A stretch of 64,000 nt of DNA from Chthonomonadales bacterium (GTDB lineage: Bacteria; Armatimonadota; Chthonomonadetes; Chthonomonadales; CAJBBX01): the NCBI GenBank assembly GCA_049967475.1, contig JBMFSQ010000010.1, forward strand, positions 32,001 to 96,000. Reading direction: 5' to 3'. Both the position numbers and the translations under genes were made by a program. Positions 38,812 to 48,115 of the stretch are shown piece after piece; position 1 is the stretch's first letter; each line of letters starts with the position of its first letter. The notes beneath the pieces are model-generated. The model did not search any database. It worked only from the letters and a program-made list of their open reading frames with translations, and had not been told where the DNA came from.

Positions 38812-40164
38812 ATGCACTCCCTGAGAACCCACACCACATCCGATCCCCAAGGCCGCCGCCTCCGTTCAACCAGCCGCACCCCGCTTCAGCGGCAGACGTA
38901 CTTTACCGTCGAGGAGAGCGCCCGCATCATCCACAGTTACTTCTCGCTGGAATTCGAGCTGTTCACAACACTCTGCGGCGCCATCGCCATGATCCCGGAG
39001 CTCGAGCTGAAAATCGCCATGGCTCATCACCTGCACACGGCAATGCTGCGCGCCCGCGCCCTGCGAGATCGCTGCTCCGATTTCCTCATGCGTGAACCGG
39101 AGCGCCAAGTTTTGCCGCAATGGGCGAACTTTGTGCGCCACCTGATGAGCGCTCCCGACGCAGAAACCATCCTGGCGGCTCTCTACCGTGTAGTCCGCCC
39201 TACCCAGCTCAGCACGTATGAGTTCCACTTCCGCAGCACCCTTCCCGTCAATGACGCACCCACCCGAGAGCTGTTCGCGATGCATCTTCCCGCGCTTCGC
39301 GAAGAGGTGGCATGGGGTAGGGCCAGGTTCGGCCAGTGCGGCAACGAAGGTTTCTTGAAGGATCTCCAGAACCACCTGGCGCTCCTGGGCGGGCCTACGG
39401 CGATGTTTGCCGCACAAGGAGCAAACGGCATCCCACACTATCCGGAATGGCGCCCGCCCAAGGAAATGGCCTTGGAAGATCGCTTTGAGATCCAAAGTGC
39501 GGACCGCTATACTTTGCCCGACTGGCCGGAATACGAAGCCATTCCCACGGCATACACCCACTTTACAGAGTTACCGGTGATTGATATCTGCGGCGTAATC
39601 GTCTATGACGGCCGCAAGTATTCCATGCCCTTCGAGTTCTACCAAGACTTCACCCGCCAAGTATGGGATGAAGCACGTCACACCCAAATGGGCATGGACC
39701 GCCTTATCGCTTTCGGAGTGGATCCGTACAAAGTTCCGATACCCGTGGGACACTACAGCGTATGGGCCAACATCAGTCTCCTGCATCGCCTGGCCAGTCT
39801 CACCCAGGTAGGGGAAGCCTGCAGTTTCGCGCCCAAGCGGGCTTGGGTAGCAGCCGCATGGAAGCGCCGCGACGCCCTTTCGGCGCTGGAGCACGAGTAC
39901 GATATCGTGGATGAACGCACCCACGTAATGTTCGGGGCTCGATGGATCAAAGACCTCATGAAGCGCACAGGCGAGAAGCGTTCAGTAAAGCGCGTAGTAC
40001 AGGATGCCGACTGGGAATTCCGCGAGAAGATCAACGCCTTGAGGAAGCAAAAGGGAGAGAATTGGTCTGAAGACTTGGGTTCCCGCTTCATGGGATGCGG
40101 TACGAACACTTCACCCGTCAGCCTGGCTCCCGCTCTGGACGGCATCCCCAACATCATCGCCTGA
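38812..40164 (+). CDS. DUF455-like ferritin/heme-oxygenase-like diiron protein with extra N-terminal helical domain
   Basis: HFTE, WDEARH, GE, DERTH ligand pattern in the C-terminal half; RBS AGGAG. Confidence 0.75.
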   Translation: MHSLRTHTTSDPQGRRLRSTSRTPLQRQTYFTVEESARIIHSYFSLEFELFTTLCGAIAMIPELELKIAMAHHLHTAMLRARALRDRCSDFLMREPERQVLPQWANFVRHLMSAPDAETILAALYRVVRPTQLSTYEFHFRSTLPVNDAPTRELFAMHLPALREEVAWGRARFGQCGNEGFLKDLQNHLALLGGPTAMFAAQGANGIPHYPEWRPPKEMALEDRFEIQSADRYTLPDWPEYEAIPTAYTHFTELPVIDICGVIVYDGRKYSMPFEFYQDFTRQVWDEARHTQMGMDRLIAFGVDPYKVPIPVGHYSVWANISLLHRLASLTQVGEACSFAPKRAWVAAAWKRRDALSALEHEYDIVDERTHVMFGARWIKDLMKRTGEKRSVKRVVQDADWEFREKINALRKQKGENWSEDLGSRFMGCGTNTSPVSLAPALDGIPNIIA

Positions 40165-40929
40165 GGGTACTCGGAACCAGGCAAAGTACTCGCGGTTCCC
40201 GCCGGCGCCGGGCAAGGCGGAGGCGACCACGCCCCGCACTTCCAGCGCCAATTGCTGCGATCCGAACCCAATTACTTTTTCTACGGCGCGATGCCTTGCC
40301 GCTTTGCTCCGAACGACGCCTCTGCTGCCCACCGCCTGGCGTCCCGCCTCGAACTCGGGCTTGATCAGGGCGAGGATATGGCCTCCCGGCCGCACCAGCC
40401 GCGCCACGGCCGGCAGCACCAAGGTCAGTGAAATGAAGGACACATCCACTGCGGCGAGATCGAATGGTTCAGGGAAGTTGGCGGCTTCCAGGTAGCGGGC
40501 GTTGATGCCTTCGTACAGGTGCACGCGCGGATCGGCCCGGAGAGATGGATGCATCTGGCCGTGCCCCACATCCACGGCAGTCACCTCCGCCGCTCCCCGC
40601 CGCAGCAGGCACTCAGTAAAGCCGCCTGCAGCACAGCCCACATCCAGGCAGCGGAGGCGGGCGACATTCAGCCGGAAATGCTTCAACGCGCGCTCCAGCT
40701 TCGCGCCGCCCCTGCTCACATAGGGCTGGGCTTCCTCGTCCACGGCGATGGGAGCAGACGGATCTATAAAGCTGCCGGGTTTGCGCACGACGGCGTCCCC
40801 AACCCGAACCAATCCGCGCTGGATTAGGCTTTGGGCGCGCTCACGGCTCGGGGCAAGCCCTCGGGCTACCATGAGGCGATCGAGCCGATCCGGCCTGCTT
40901 CCGCCCTCCGCAGCATCCGTTGAAGCCAC
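40111..40929 (-). CDS. tlyA: TlyA family rRNA 2'-O-methyltransferase
   Basis: RLDRL S4 domain, YVSRGGAKL, DVSFISL, LIKPEFEAG, GNREY. Confidence 0.93.
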   Translation of the reverse strand: MASTDAAEGGSRPDRLDRLMVARGLAPSRERAQSLIQRGLVRVGDAVVRKPGSFIDPSAPIAVDEEAQPYVSRGGAKLERALKHFRLNVARLRCLDVGCAAGGFTECLLRRGAAEVTAVDVGHGQMHPSLRADPRVHLYEGINARYLEAANFPEPFDLAAVDVSFISLTLVLPAVARLVRPGGHILALIKPEFEAGRQAVGSRGVVRSKAARHRAVEKVIGFGSQQLALEVRGVVASALPGAGGNREYFAWFRVPSGDDVGDAVQSGSQADG

Positions 40930-40940
40930 TGCTGCGCTCC

Positions 40941-41198
40941 TCACAGGTTTACGGTGTCCTTGCCCACAGAGCGCTGGAGGGCATCCACTCCAAGGCCTGT
41001 GGTCTCCAACCATGCGATGGCGCGCTGTACCTCTTCCAAAGGCCCTTCCAAATCTACTTCGGCCCAGCCAAAATCCTCGGTGATCTGGGCGCGGCGAATG
41101 TTGGGAACCACGTTGAAATCCTTTCCCAAGCGGTACAGTACGGGCTGACGCGCCTGCTCGGGTGTGCGAGTGGTAATGCGTACGGTGATGATGGGCAT
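40941..41198 (-). CDS. NIL domain protein
   Basis: QPVLYRLGKDFNVVPNIRRAQI...GWAEVDLEG. Confidence 0.85.
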   Translation of the reverse strand: MPIITVRITTRTPEQARQPVLYRLGKDFNVVPNIRRAQITEDFGWAEVDLEGPLEEVQRAIAWLETTGLGVDALQRSVGKDTVNL

Positions 41199-41258
41199 GG
41201 TACGAAACAGCTCCTTCTGAGGGATCTTGCTTCCTTCGATAATTCGGCTTTGATGAGC

Positions 41259-42098
41259 CTACGGCGCCCCGCGGGGCGTGTCCGGATCGCCTTCCGCTGC
41301 GCGAAGATAGGCAAGGGATGTGCGCGCGATCGTTTGAGGATCGGGCGAATAATCGAAAACCTCAACAGACACGAAGCCCGAGTACTTCGTCTCTTGAAGC
41401 GCCGCCAGGATCGGCCCGAAGTCTGTGTCTCCGAAGCCAGGACCCCGCCGATTGGCATCGTTGGCATGCACGTGCGCAATCTTGCCGGCGTACCGATGGA
41501 TCAAGACAGGGATGGGATCGCGTTCGGCACATGCACTCTTCACGTCGAGGATCGTGAAGGCTGCCGGATGTTCCAGGCGCGCCAACACACGCGATGCGTC
41601 CTCCAGCGTCAAAATGAAATCCGCTTCGGGTGGAGGCAATGGCTCGATGCATAGGCGGATTGCTCGTTCCGCCGCGCGGTCCAGCGCAGGACGGATACTT
41701 GCACAGAAGCGCTCTTCAGCCTCCTCTATCGAACACCCTTGAGGGATGCGCCTCTGAGCGGGCGAACCGAGCACCATCACTGCTCCCCCAAGATCTGCGC
41801 AAAACTCCGCCAGTGCAACCAGATACGTTGCTGTTGCCTCTCTCACGGCCCGGTCATCGCTTGTCAAAGAAAGGCCCTTTGGAGACACGAGGAGCCAATG
41901 GAGCCCCACCACCATCAGCCCCGCCCGTTCCGCCACATCCCGCAGTGCGGTTCGGTCACCGGCGCTGAGGTTCCGAACATCCTCCGCCAGGGTGAACGGT
42001 GCCACTTCGATGCCTTCGTACCCAACCTGGGCTGCGAACCGGCACGTGTCCTCCCAGGACCACTGTTGGAACATCTCATTGCATATGGCGAAGCGCAT
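41259..42098 (-). CDS. Sugar phosphate isomerase/epimerase (tagatose/psicose 3-epimerase-like)
   Basis: ICNE, GIEVAP, IEPL, LDVK, HVHAND, SVEVF. Confidence 0.88.
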   Translation of the reverse strand: MRFAICNEMFQQWSWEDTCRFAAQVGYEGIEVAPFTLAEDVRNLSAGDRTALRDVAERAGLMVVGLHWLLVSPKGLSLTSDDRAVREATATYLVALAEFCADLGGAVMVLGSPAQRRIPQGCSIEEAEERFCASIRPALDRAAERAIRLCIEPLPPPEADFILTLEDASRVLARLEHPAAFTILDVKSACAERDPIPVLIHRYAGKIAHVHANDANRRGPGFGDTDFGPILAALQETKYSGFVSVEVFDYSPDPQTIARTSLAYLRAAEGDPDTPRGAP

Positions 42099-42171
42099 GG
42101 CGCTTGCTGCTCCTATGGTCGGCGGACCGCCGTAGGAGCGCATGATGATGCGCCCCTACGTATCTGCGGTG

Positions 42172-43011
42172 CTAAAGGTTTATCTCGCCTACAAACACTT
42201 CTTCAGCCGGCCCGGTCATGAAGACGCGGTTATCGCCATTCCATTCCACCAAAAGGTCTCCGCCAAGCAGGTGCACCGTGACTCGCTTGCCGGTGCGGCC
42301 AGTGAGCACGCCCGCCACGACCGCAGCGCACGCTCCGGTGCCGCAGGCAAGGGTAACCCCTGCGCCGCGCTCCCACGTGCGCAGGACGATCTCCGAAGGT
42401 GAAAGAACTTTGACGAACTGCACGTTCGTGCGCTGAGGGAAGGATTTGTGGTTTTCGATGTGGGGCCCGTATCGCTCCACAGGCAGGCTGTCCAGCTTCT
42501 CCTCGAAAATCACTGCGTGAGGATTGCCCATGGACACTGCAGTGATTTCGAAACGGCGCCCGTCAGCCCGAAGGGCTTCGGCGATCACCGGCCCGTTCGT
42601 GTCGCCACGCATGGGGATCTCCGAGCGGTTCAAACGTGGTTGGCCCATATCCACGCGCACGGCTTCCACCTTCCCTCCGCGTGTGAACAGCTTCAGATGC
42701 TTGACGCCTGCCAAGGTTTCGACCTTTACCTGTGCATCCGCGATGAGTTTGCGGTCGTACACGTACTTGGCGAAACAGCGGATGCCGTTTCCGCACATTT
42801 CCGCCTCGCTGCCATCCGGGTTGAACATGCGCATCCGAAAGTCGGCGAGCTTCGAGGGCAGCACGAGGATGAGGCCGTCGCCGCCCACACCGAATTTGCG
42901 GTCGTTGAGCCTACGGCTGATTTCGGGGAGTTGGTCTTCGGGAAGGGTCTCGTCGAAGCCGTTCACTACCACGAAATCATTGCCGATGCCCTGCATCTTT
43001 ACGAACTTCAC
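42172..43011 (-). CDS. dapF: Diaminopimelate epimerase
   Basis: KMQGIGNDF, NPDGSEAEMCGNG, SMGNPH, ERGAGVTLACGTG. Confidence 0.97.
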   Translation of the reverse strand: MKFVKMQGIGNDFVVVNGFDETLPEDQLPEISRRLNDRKFGVGGDGLILVLPSKLADFRMRMFNPDGSEAEMCGNGIRCFAKYVYDRKLIADAQVKVETLAGVKHLKLFTRGGKVEAVRVDMGQPRLNRSEIPMRGDTNGPVIAEALRADGRRFEITAVSMGNPHAVIFEEKLDSLPVERYGPHIENHKSFPQRTNVQFVKVLSPSEIVLRTWERGAGVTLACGTGACAAVVAGVLTGRTGKRVTVHLLGGDLLVEWNGDNRVFMTGPAEEVFVGEINL

Positions 43012-43100
43012 GTTGCACTCCTCAAGGGCTCCCGGCGGCCTTTCGACACCAGCCGACGAGCGTGTTGTCGCATGCCCTCGATCTCAAATGCCACCATCCC

Positions 43101-43409
43101 TCATTCTCCCTGAGCAGGATGAGGCGCGACGGCGACCGGCGCTGTTTCTGTAGGTTGAGGAGCCGATTCACGGTGCGCTTCCGCATAGAAGCCGGACACA
43201 GGCCGCATGGGCACGATGGAGGTAATAGCGTGCTTATAAACAAGCTGCGTAGGTTTGCCCGCGGCGTCCAAAAGCACGGTGAAGGCATCAAAGCCACGCA
43301 CCAATCCGCGGAGCTGCACGCTCCCCACCAGCCAAATCGTTACAGGGATGTTCTCTTTGCGCACCTGGTTCAAGAACACATCTTGCAGGTTCAACTGGGG
43401 CTTGTTCAT
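43101..43409 (-). CDS. hfq: RNA chaperone Hfq
   Basis: [25 protein letters not shown]; follows miaA. Confidence 0.95.
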   Translation of the reverse strand: MNKPQLNLQDVFLNQVRKENIPVTIWLVGSVQLRGLVRGFDAFTVLLDAAGKPTQLVYKHAITSIVPMRPVSGFYAEAHRESAPQPTETAPVAVAPHPAQGE

Positions 43410-43454
43410 TCCTTGGCACTCCTCCCTCGGTACAACGATACCAACCAAACCAAA

Positions 43455-44405
43455 CTAACGCACTCCCAACCGCCGGAGGATCTCCTCCGCCGTCGCTGCC
43501 GGATCCATGCCGGAAACGTCCAGCCAATCCACGCCGGGCTCCGCCTGAAACCATGTTATTTGGCGCCTGGCGAACTGCTTTGTACTGTGCTTGATTTGGG
43601 AGACGGCTTCGTCCAGGCCGATTTCCCCTTGCAAGTACCGCACCATCTCTTTGTATCCCAGGCTCCGCATCGCCTGGGATTGTGGCGGTACGCCGCGCTC
43701 CAAGAGCCCACGCACCTCTTCCACGAATCCGGCCTCCATCATGGCATCCACACGCTCTTCGATGCGCCGGTAGAGTGCCTTGCGATCCATTGTGAGGCCA
43801 AACATGATGCGCTTCTTCGGCTTGCGCGCACGAGCGTCGCGCCGGTGCTGTTCGGACACGGGCACGCCGGTGCGGAGCGTCACCTCCAAGGCGCGGACGA
43901 TGCGCACCAAATCCCGAGGATGGATGCGCTCGGCCGCGATCGGGTCCAGAGCCCGCAGCCGGTCGTGCAGCTTCTCTGTGCCGTGGATGCGGGCTTCCTG
44001 CTCGAGGCGGCGGCGAAGATCCAAGTCTGCCGGCGTTCCGGTTAATCCATAGTCGTCCAAAAACACCCGAACGTACAACCCCGTACCGCCGCAGAGGATA
44101 GGCCGGTGCTTCCTGAGCCGGATCCCCGCCAGCGCCTGCTCCGCCAGCTTTTTGAAGCACCCGGCGGTGAAACCCTCCCCCGGATCTGCAACATCCAACA
44201 GGTGAAAGGGCACAATTGCCCGTTCTGAAGGAGCGGGTTTTGCCGTGCCGATGTCGAGACCGCGGTATACGGCCACGGAGTCGGCGCTGATCACCTCACC
44301 TTCCAGGGCCAGGGCTACGCGCAACGCTGCCGCCGTTTTACCGGTGGCTGTAGGCCCCACAATCGCGATAATGGGAAATTCCTCGTCCGCCGGCATCCTC
44401 CGCAT
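43455..44405 (-). CDS. miaA: tRNA dimethylallyltransferase
   Basis: GPTATGKT, SADS..VYRGLDIGTAKP, GGTGLY, FARRQITWF. Confidence 0.96.
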   Translation of the reverse strand: MRRMPADEEFPIIAIVGPTATGKTAAALRVALALEGEVISADSVAVYRGLDIGTAKPAPSERAIVPFHLLDVADPGEGFTAGCFKKLAEQALAGIRLRKHRPILCGGTGLYVRVFLDDYGLTGTPADLDLRRRLEQEARIHGTEKLHDRLRALDPIAAERIHPRDLVRIVRALEVTLRTGVPVSEQHRRDARARKPKKRIMFGLTMDRKALYRRIEERVDAMMEAGFVEEVRGLLERGVPPQSQAMRSLGYKEMVRYLQGEIGLDEAVSQIKHSTKQFARRQITWFQAEPGVDWLDVSGMDPAATAEEILRRLGVR

Positions 44406-44529
44406 GGAATCCTCGCTTAGTATAACACAATCAGTATGGGCCAACAAGGAGATGGACGCTTCGCCCATCGCGTATAATGCATGCACCGGAAGCTTGCAGT
44501 GCTGCGGCTCTGCGAAGGGGAACGATCTG

Positions 44530-45705
44530 ATGCATTGTGGGATAGACACGTTGGCCGAGCAGCGCTTCGCGATTTTGCACTGTAAGCGCGTGGGCCTCGT
44601 AACGAACCACACCGGAGTGGATGGGCAGGGCACGCGCACAGCAGACCTTCTGCATCAGAACCCTCACGTCCATTTGACGCAGCTCTTCAGCCCTGAACAC
44701 GGCCTCCGCGGAGCCGTAGATGCCCAGGTGGCAGACGCGGTAGATCCACGAACCGGTGTACCCGTGGCTTCACTCTACGGCGCTCGCCTGAAGCCCGAAC
44801 CGGAACACCTCCAATCACTCGACGCGCTCGTCTTCGACATCCAGGATGCGGGCGTTCGCTTTTACACCTATATCTCCACCTTGGGCCTCTGCCTTCAGGC
44901 GGCTGCTGAGGCCGGCATTTCCTTCATCGTACTGGACCGCCCTAATCCGCTCGGCGGCTACGCAATCGAGGGTCCGATGGCACAACCCCACCGCCTCTCC
45001 TTCACTGCCTGGCACCCTATTCCGGTGCGCCATGGCATGACTGTGGGGGAGCTTGCCCGCTTGTACAACGCAGAGTTGCACCTCGGCGCGGACCTTACTG
45101 TGGTCCCCTGCTCCCGCTGGAAGCCGCACCAGTGGTTCCACCAAACCGGTGTGACATGGACGGGTCCTTCGCCGAACCTGGAGACCTTTCTGCAGACGTT
45201 CCTGTACCCAGGCATGGCTCTTCTCGAGTACACTAACGTGTCCGTGGGGCGGGGAACGAGGGCACCCTTCGAGCAGGTGGGAGCCCCGTGGATGGATGGT
45301 CCCCGGCTTGCACGCCACCTGAACCGGCTGTCCATCCCAAACGTGCGGTTCTTGCCGGTGCGTTTCGTTCCCCAGCGTCCTCCGTTTTTTGGAGAAACGT
45401 GCTGCGGTGTACAGGTAGTGGTAACCCGCCTCCCGGATACTGCGCGCAGGCCCTATTCGTGCCTCCGCATAGGTCTGGAACTCGCCGCTGCACTCCGCGA
45501 CCTGTTTCCAGAGGAATGGGACGCCTCGGGTTTCTCGCATTTGCTGGCCAATGACGCGGCGTACGAGGCGTTCCGAGGCGGGGCGTGTTACGAGGAACTT
45601 GCAGCCTCGTGGCGTCCAGACGAGGCCGATTTCCGCCTGCGCCGTGAGCCGTATCTTCTGTACACGCGCGTGGGCAGCAAAGGAAGCATCCTCGAGCGCG
45701 ATTAA
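44530..45705 (+). CDS. NamZ/DUF1343 exo-beta-N-acetylmuramidase
   Basis: GLVTNHTG, FSPEHG, FDIQDAGVRFYTY, LDRPNP, RHGMTVGELA, SVGRGT. Confidence 0.9.
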   Translation: MHCGIDTLAEQRFAILHCKRVGLVTNHTGVDGQGTRTADLLHQNPHVHLTQLFSPEHGLRGAVDAQVADAVDPRTGVPVASLYGARLKPEPEHLQSLDALVFDIQDAGVRFYTYISTLGLCLQAAAEAGISFIVLDRPNPLGGYAIEGPMAQPHRLSFTAWHPIPVRHGMTVGELARLYNAELHLGADLTVVPCSRWKPHQWFHQTGVTWTGPSPNLETFLQTFLYPGMALLEYTNVSVGRGTRAPFEQVGAPWMDGPRLARHLNRLSIPNVRFLPVRFVPQRPPFFGETCCGVQVVVTRLPDTARRPYSCLRIGLELAAALRDLFPEEWDASGFSHLLANDAAYEAFRGGACYEELAASWRPDEADFRLRREPYLLYTRVGSKGSILERD

Positions 45706-45772
45706 GAAGGAATCTCTGCCCGGTTCTCGAATGAATGGGCGAAATCACAAGGTCAAGGGGGTGATAGGGACC

Positions 45773-45910
45773 ATGGAGGCTTATTGCGTCAAGTGCAAGG
45801 CGAAGCGGGAAATGAAGAACCCAACGGCCATCACCATGAAGAACGGCAAGCCCGCCACAACCGGCACATGCGTGGTATGCGGCACCAAGATGTACAAGAT
45901 CGGGAAATAG
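45773..45910 (+). CDS. 45-aa basic zinc-ribbon protein (DUF5679-like)
   Basis: MEAYCVKCKAKREM...MKNGKPA..GTC.VCGTKMYKIG. Confidence 0.85.
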   Translation: MEAYCVKCKAKREMKNPTAITMKNGKPATTGTCVVCGTKMYKIGK

Positions 45911-46077
45911 CCTTTATTCCAAGGATGGTGGAGCGTTGATTGATGCAATACGGGCTGCCCGGTGCCGGGCAGCCCGTATCTTGCTTCCAGGTGCAGGAAC
46001 CTGCCGTACCTCTGGTGAAACGTGCCCCTGAAGCTGCGTCAACACCCTTCACAGCACGATGTGGGAGGACAGAACCT

Positions 46078-46848
46078 GTGACACAAACAACCGCTGCCAT
46101 CCAATTGATTGTCTTCGGGGAGCGCAATCGCACAGATTTCGCCGGCGTGCTCCGCGACGTACACACTGCGGGCTTCACCGCATTCGAAGCCGGAAACCTT
46201 TTTGCTGCCCATGGAGAAGCAGAAACGCGACGTCTGCTCGCGGAGACGGGCCTGACGGTATGCGGGGCACATTTCGGCTACGGCGACTATGCCGATGCCG
46301 AGAAGCTCAAGGCCAATATCGCCTACGCCAAAGCGCTGGGCATCCGCCACATGATGTGTTCCGGCGTGGCCGATGCCAAAAGTGTGGAAGGTTACCGGGC
46401 GTCTTGCCGCATCTTCAATGAGGTAGGAGCCCGGCTCCGAGATGAAGGCATCACCTTCAATTACCACAACCACGCATGGGAATTCGAGGACCTCGGCGGC
46501 ACCAACGGCATGCAGATCATCGCCCAAGAAACGGACCCGGCGCTTGTGAAGTTCAACATTGACGTGTTCTGGGTCACCTTCGGCGGCGAAAGCCCCGTGT
46601 ATTTCATCAAGCGGCACGCCGAACGGGCCGGATACTACCACTTCAAGGATGGATCGCGCTCGCCTGAGGGTAAGCCCATCTTCCAAGAACTGGGGCGGGG
46701 AATGGTAGACCTGAAGGGAGCCATGGCGGCTGCCCGCGAGGTGGGCAACGCGCAATGGATCGTCGCCGAGCAAGACAGCACGCAGCTTCCCCATCTGGAG
46801 GCTGCCACCATCAGCCGCCGCTACATGAAAGAAGCCCTGGGTATCTAG
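46078..46848 (+). CDS. Sugar phosphate isomerase/epimerase (IolE-like)
   Basis: YHNHAWEF, IDVFW, HFKD, AEQD; GTG start after GGAGG. Confidence 0.88.
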   Translation: MTQTTAAIQLIVFGERNRTDFAGVLRDVHTAGFTAFEAGNLFAAHGEAETRRLLAETGLTVCGAHFGYGDYADAEKLKANIAYAKALGIRHMMCSGVADAKSVEGYRASCRIFNEVGARLRDEGITFNYHNHAWEFEDLGGTNGMQIIAQETDPALVKFNIDVFWVTFGGESPVYFIKRHAERAGYYHFKDGSRSPEGKPIFQELGRGMVDLKGAMAAAREVGNAQWIVAEQDSTQLPHLEAATISRRYMKEALGI

Positions 46849-46918
46849 ACGTCCCACAGGCCTCCGTCCCATTCGGTGGGCTGATGTGTCCCTCCACCCA
46901 AGCCCGCGGCAAAACAAC

Positions 46919-46946
46919 GGGCCCGGCCTATCCTTGCACCGGGCCC
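46919..46946. terminator. Hairpin between convergent genes
   Basis: GGGCCCGG/CCGGGCCC 8-bp stem. Confidence 0.5.
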
Positions 46947-46967
46947 TCACTCTCTACTCCCCAGCCT

Positions 46968-47138
46968 TTACTTTGCCGGGCCAGGACCGATCTTCATGTG
47001 CTTCATCATCTCGATCTGTTGCTGAGGAGTTACGTTACTCTTGTAGGGGTTCAGCTTCTTGTACCCGTAAATTGCCACCACGATGACCACGATCACAATC
47101 AGCACAATAGCCACCGGGGTGCTAATCTCCTTCTTCAT
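46968..47138 (-). CDS. 56-aa single-TM small protein (not in the ORF track)
   Basis: MKKEISTPVAIVLIVIVVIVVAIYGYKKLNPYKSNVTPQQQIEMMKHMKIGPGPAK*; RBS GAAGGAG; 34 nt after the prepilin-like gene. Confidence 0.8.
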   Translation of the reverse strand: MKKEISTPVAIVLIVIVVIVVAIYGYKKLNPYKSNVTPQQQIEMMKHMKIGPGPAK

Positions 47139-47172
47139 GGCTTCACTCGCTCCTTCCGGAACTCAGGACAGA

Positions 47173-47958
47173 TCAACGATAGGCCGGCGGGATCTCGTTC
47201 AGCAGGCACGAAATGAACGCCGCACCGTTATTGGGGCCGGAAGCGCATGGATCCCCGCCCCAATTCGACCACTCGTTTGGATCATTGTCTGGGTTCCACA
47301 GGAACGTGGGGCTGAGCGTGGCGGCCAGCTTGTACCACTTAGCATGCCCATCGGCCAAGGCCCAGTTGCCGCCCGTATTGTGCCAGAACGGTAGGCTGCC
47401 GCCATTGTGATCATAGTTCCAGCCGATGGTCCAGGTGCCTAGGTCGGGCCAGAAGTCGCGCGTCTCTAGAACCTGGATCGTCGTCGCAGGATACTGGATG
47501 GATGCCATGGACACAGGACCACCGAAGAGGTTCCCATTGTCCGCATAGTTCATCCGGCTGTGGAAATTGTTTGCCTGGGCATCGGCGAGCGTCATGCTCC
47601 CATCGGCGACGCACCCGGCCCAGCCCGGCCAATCGAACTCGTTGCGCGCCCACGGCGCCGAGGGGCAGAGCCAGATATTCTCGTTCTTAAGGTACGGCAC
47701 CACGGCTGCGCGCCAAGTATAATGCCCTCCGTTATTGTCTATCCAGATGCGGTTGGAGGGAAACGTCTCATCGTAGTCCTGAACATACATCAAACGTGCC
47801 AAGGCGATCTGCTTGATGTTGCTCAAACAGCTAATGGTTCGCGCCTTCTCCCGTGCTTGAGCGAATACAGGGAAAAGGATCGCGGCCAGGATCGCGATGA
47901 TCGCGATCACAACCAGCAATTCAATCAGCGTAAACCCACCGTTCGATTTCGACTTCAT
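47173..47958 (-). CDS. Prepilin-type cleavage/methylation protein with H-X9-DG motif (DUF1559-like)
   Basis: [62 protein letters not shown]. Confidence 0.93.
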   Translation of the reverse strand: MKSKSNGGFTLIELLVVIAIIAILAAILFPVFAQAREKARTISCLSNIKQIALARLMYVQDYDETFPSNRIWIDNNGGHYTWRAAVVPYLKNENIWLCPSAPWARNEFDWPGWAGCVADGSMTLADAQANNFHSRMNYADNGNLFGGPVSMASIQYPATTIQVLETRDFWPDLGTWTIGWNYDHNGGSLPFWHNTGGNWALADGHAKWYKLAATLSPTFLWNPDNDPNEWSNWGGDPCASGPNNGAAFISCLLNEIPPAYR

Positions 47959-48115
47959 CGTGAGCTCCTTCACAGTCAAATATCGCTGCAATGGCCAAGC
48001 GCCCATCGCGGCATAATCTTCTTCACATTCAAATGAGCATGCGTGTTCCTTCCGATGCAACCTCCTTTCTAAGGCTGCGCCGTCCTATCTCAGCTCGGCC
48101 CTCGAGCCATGCGCT

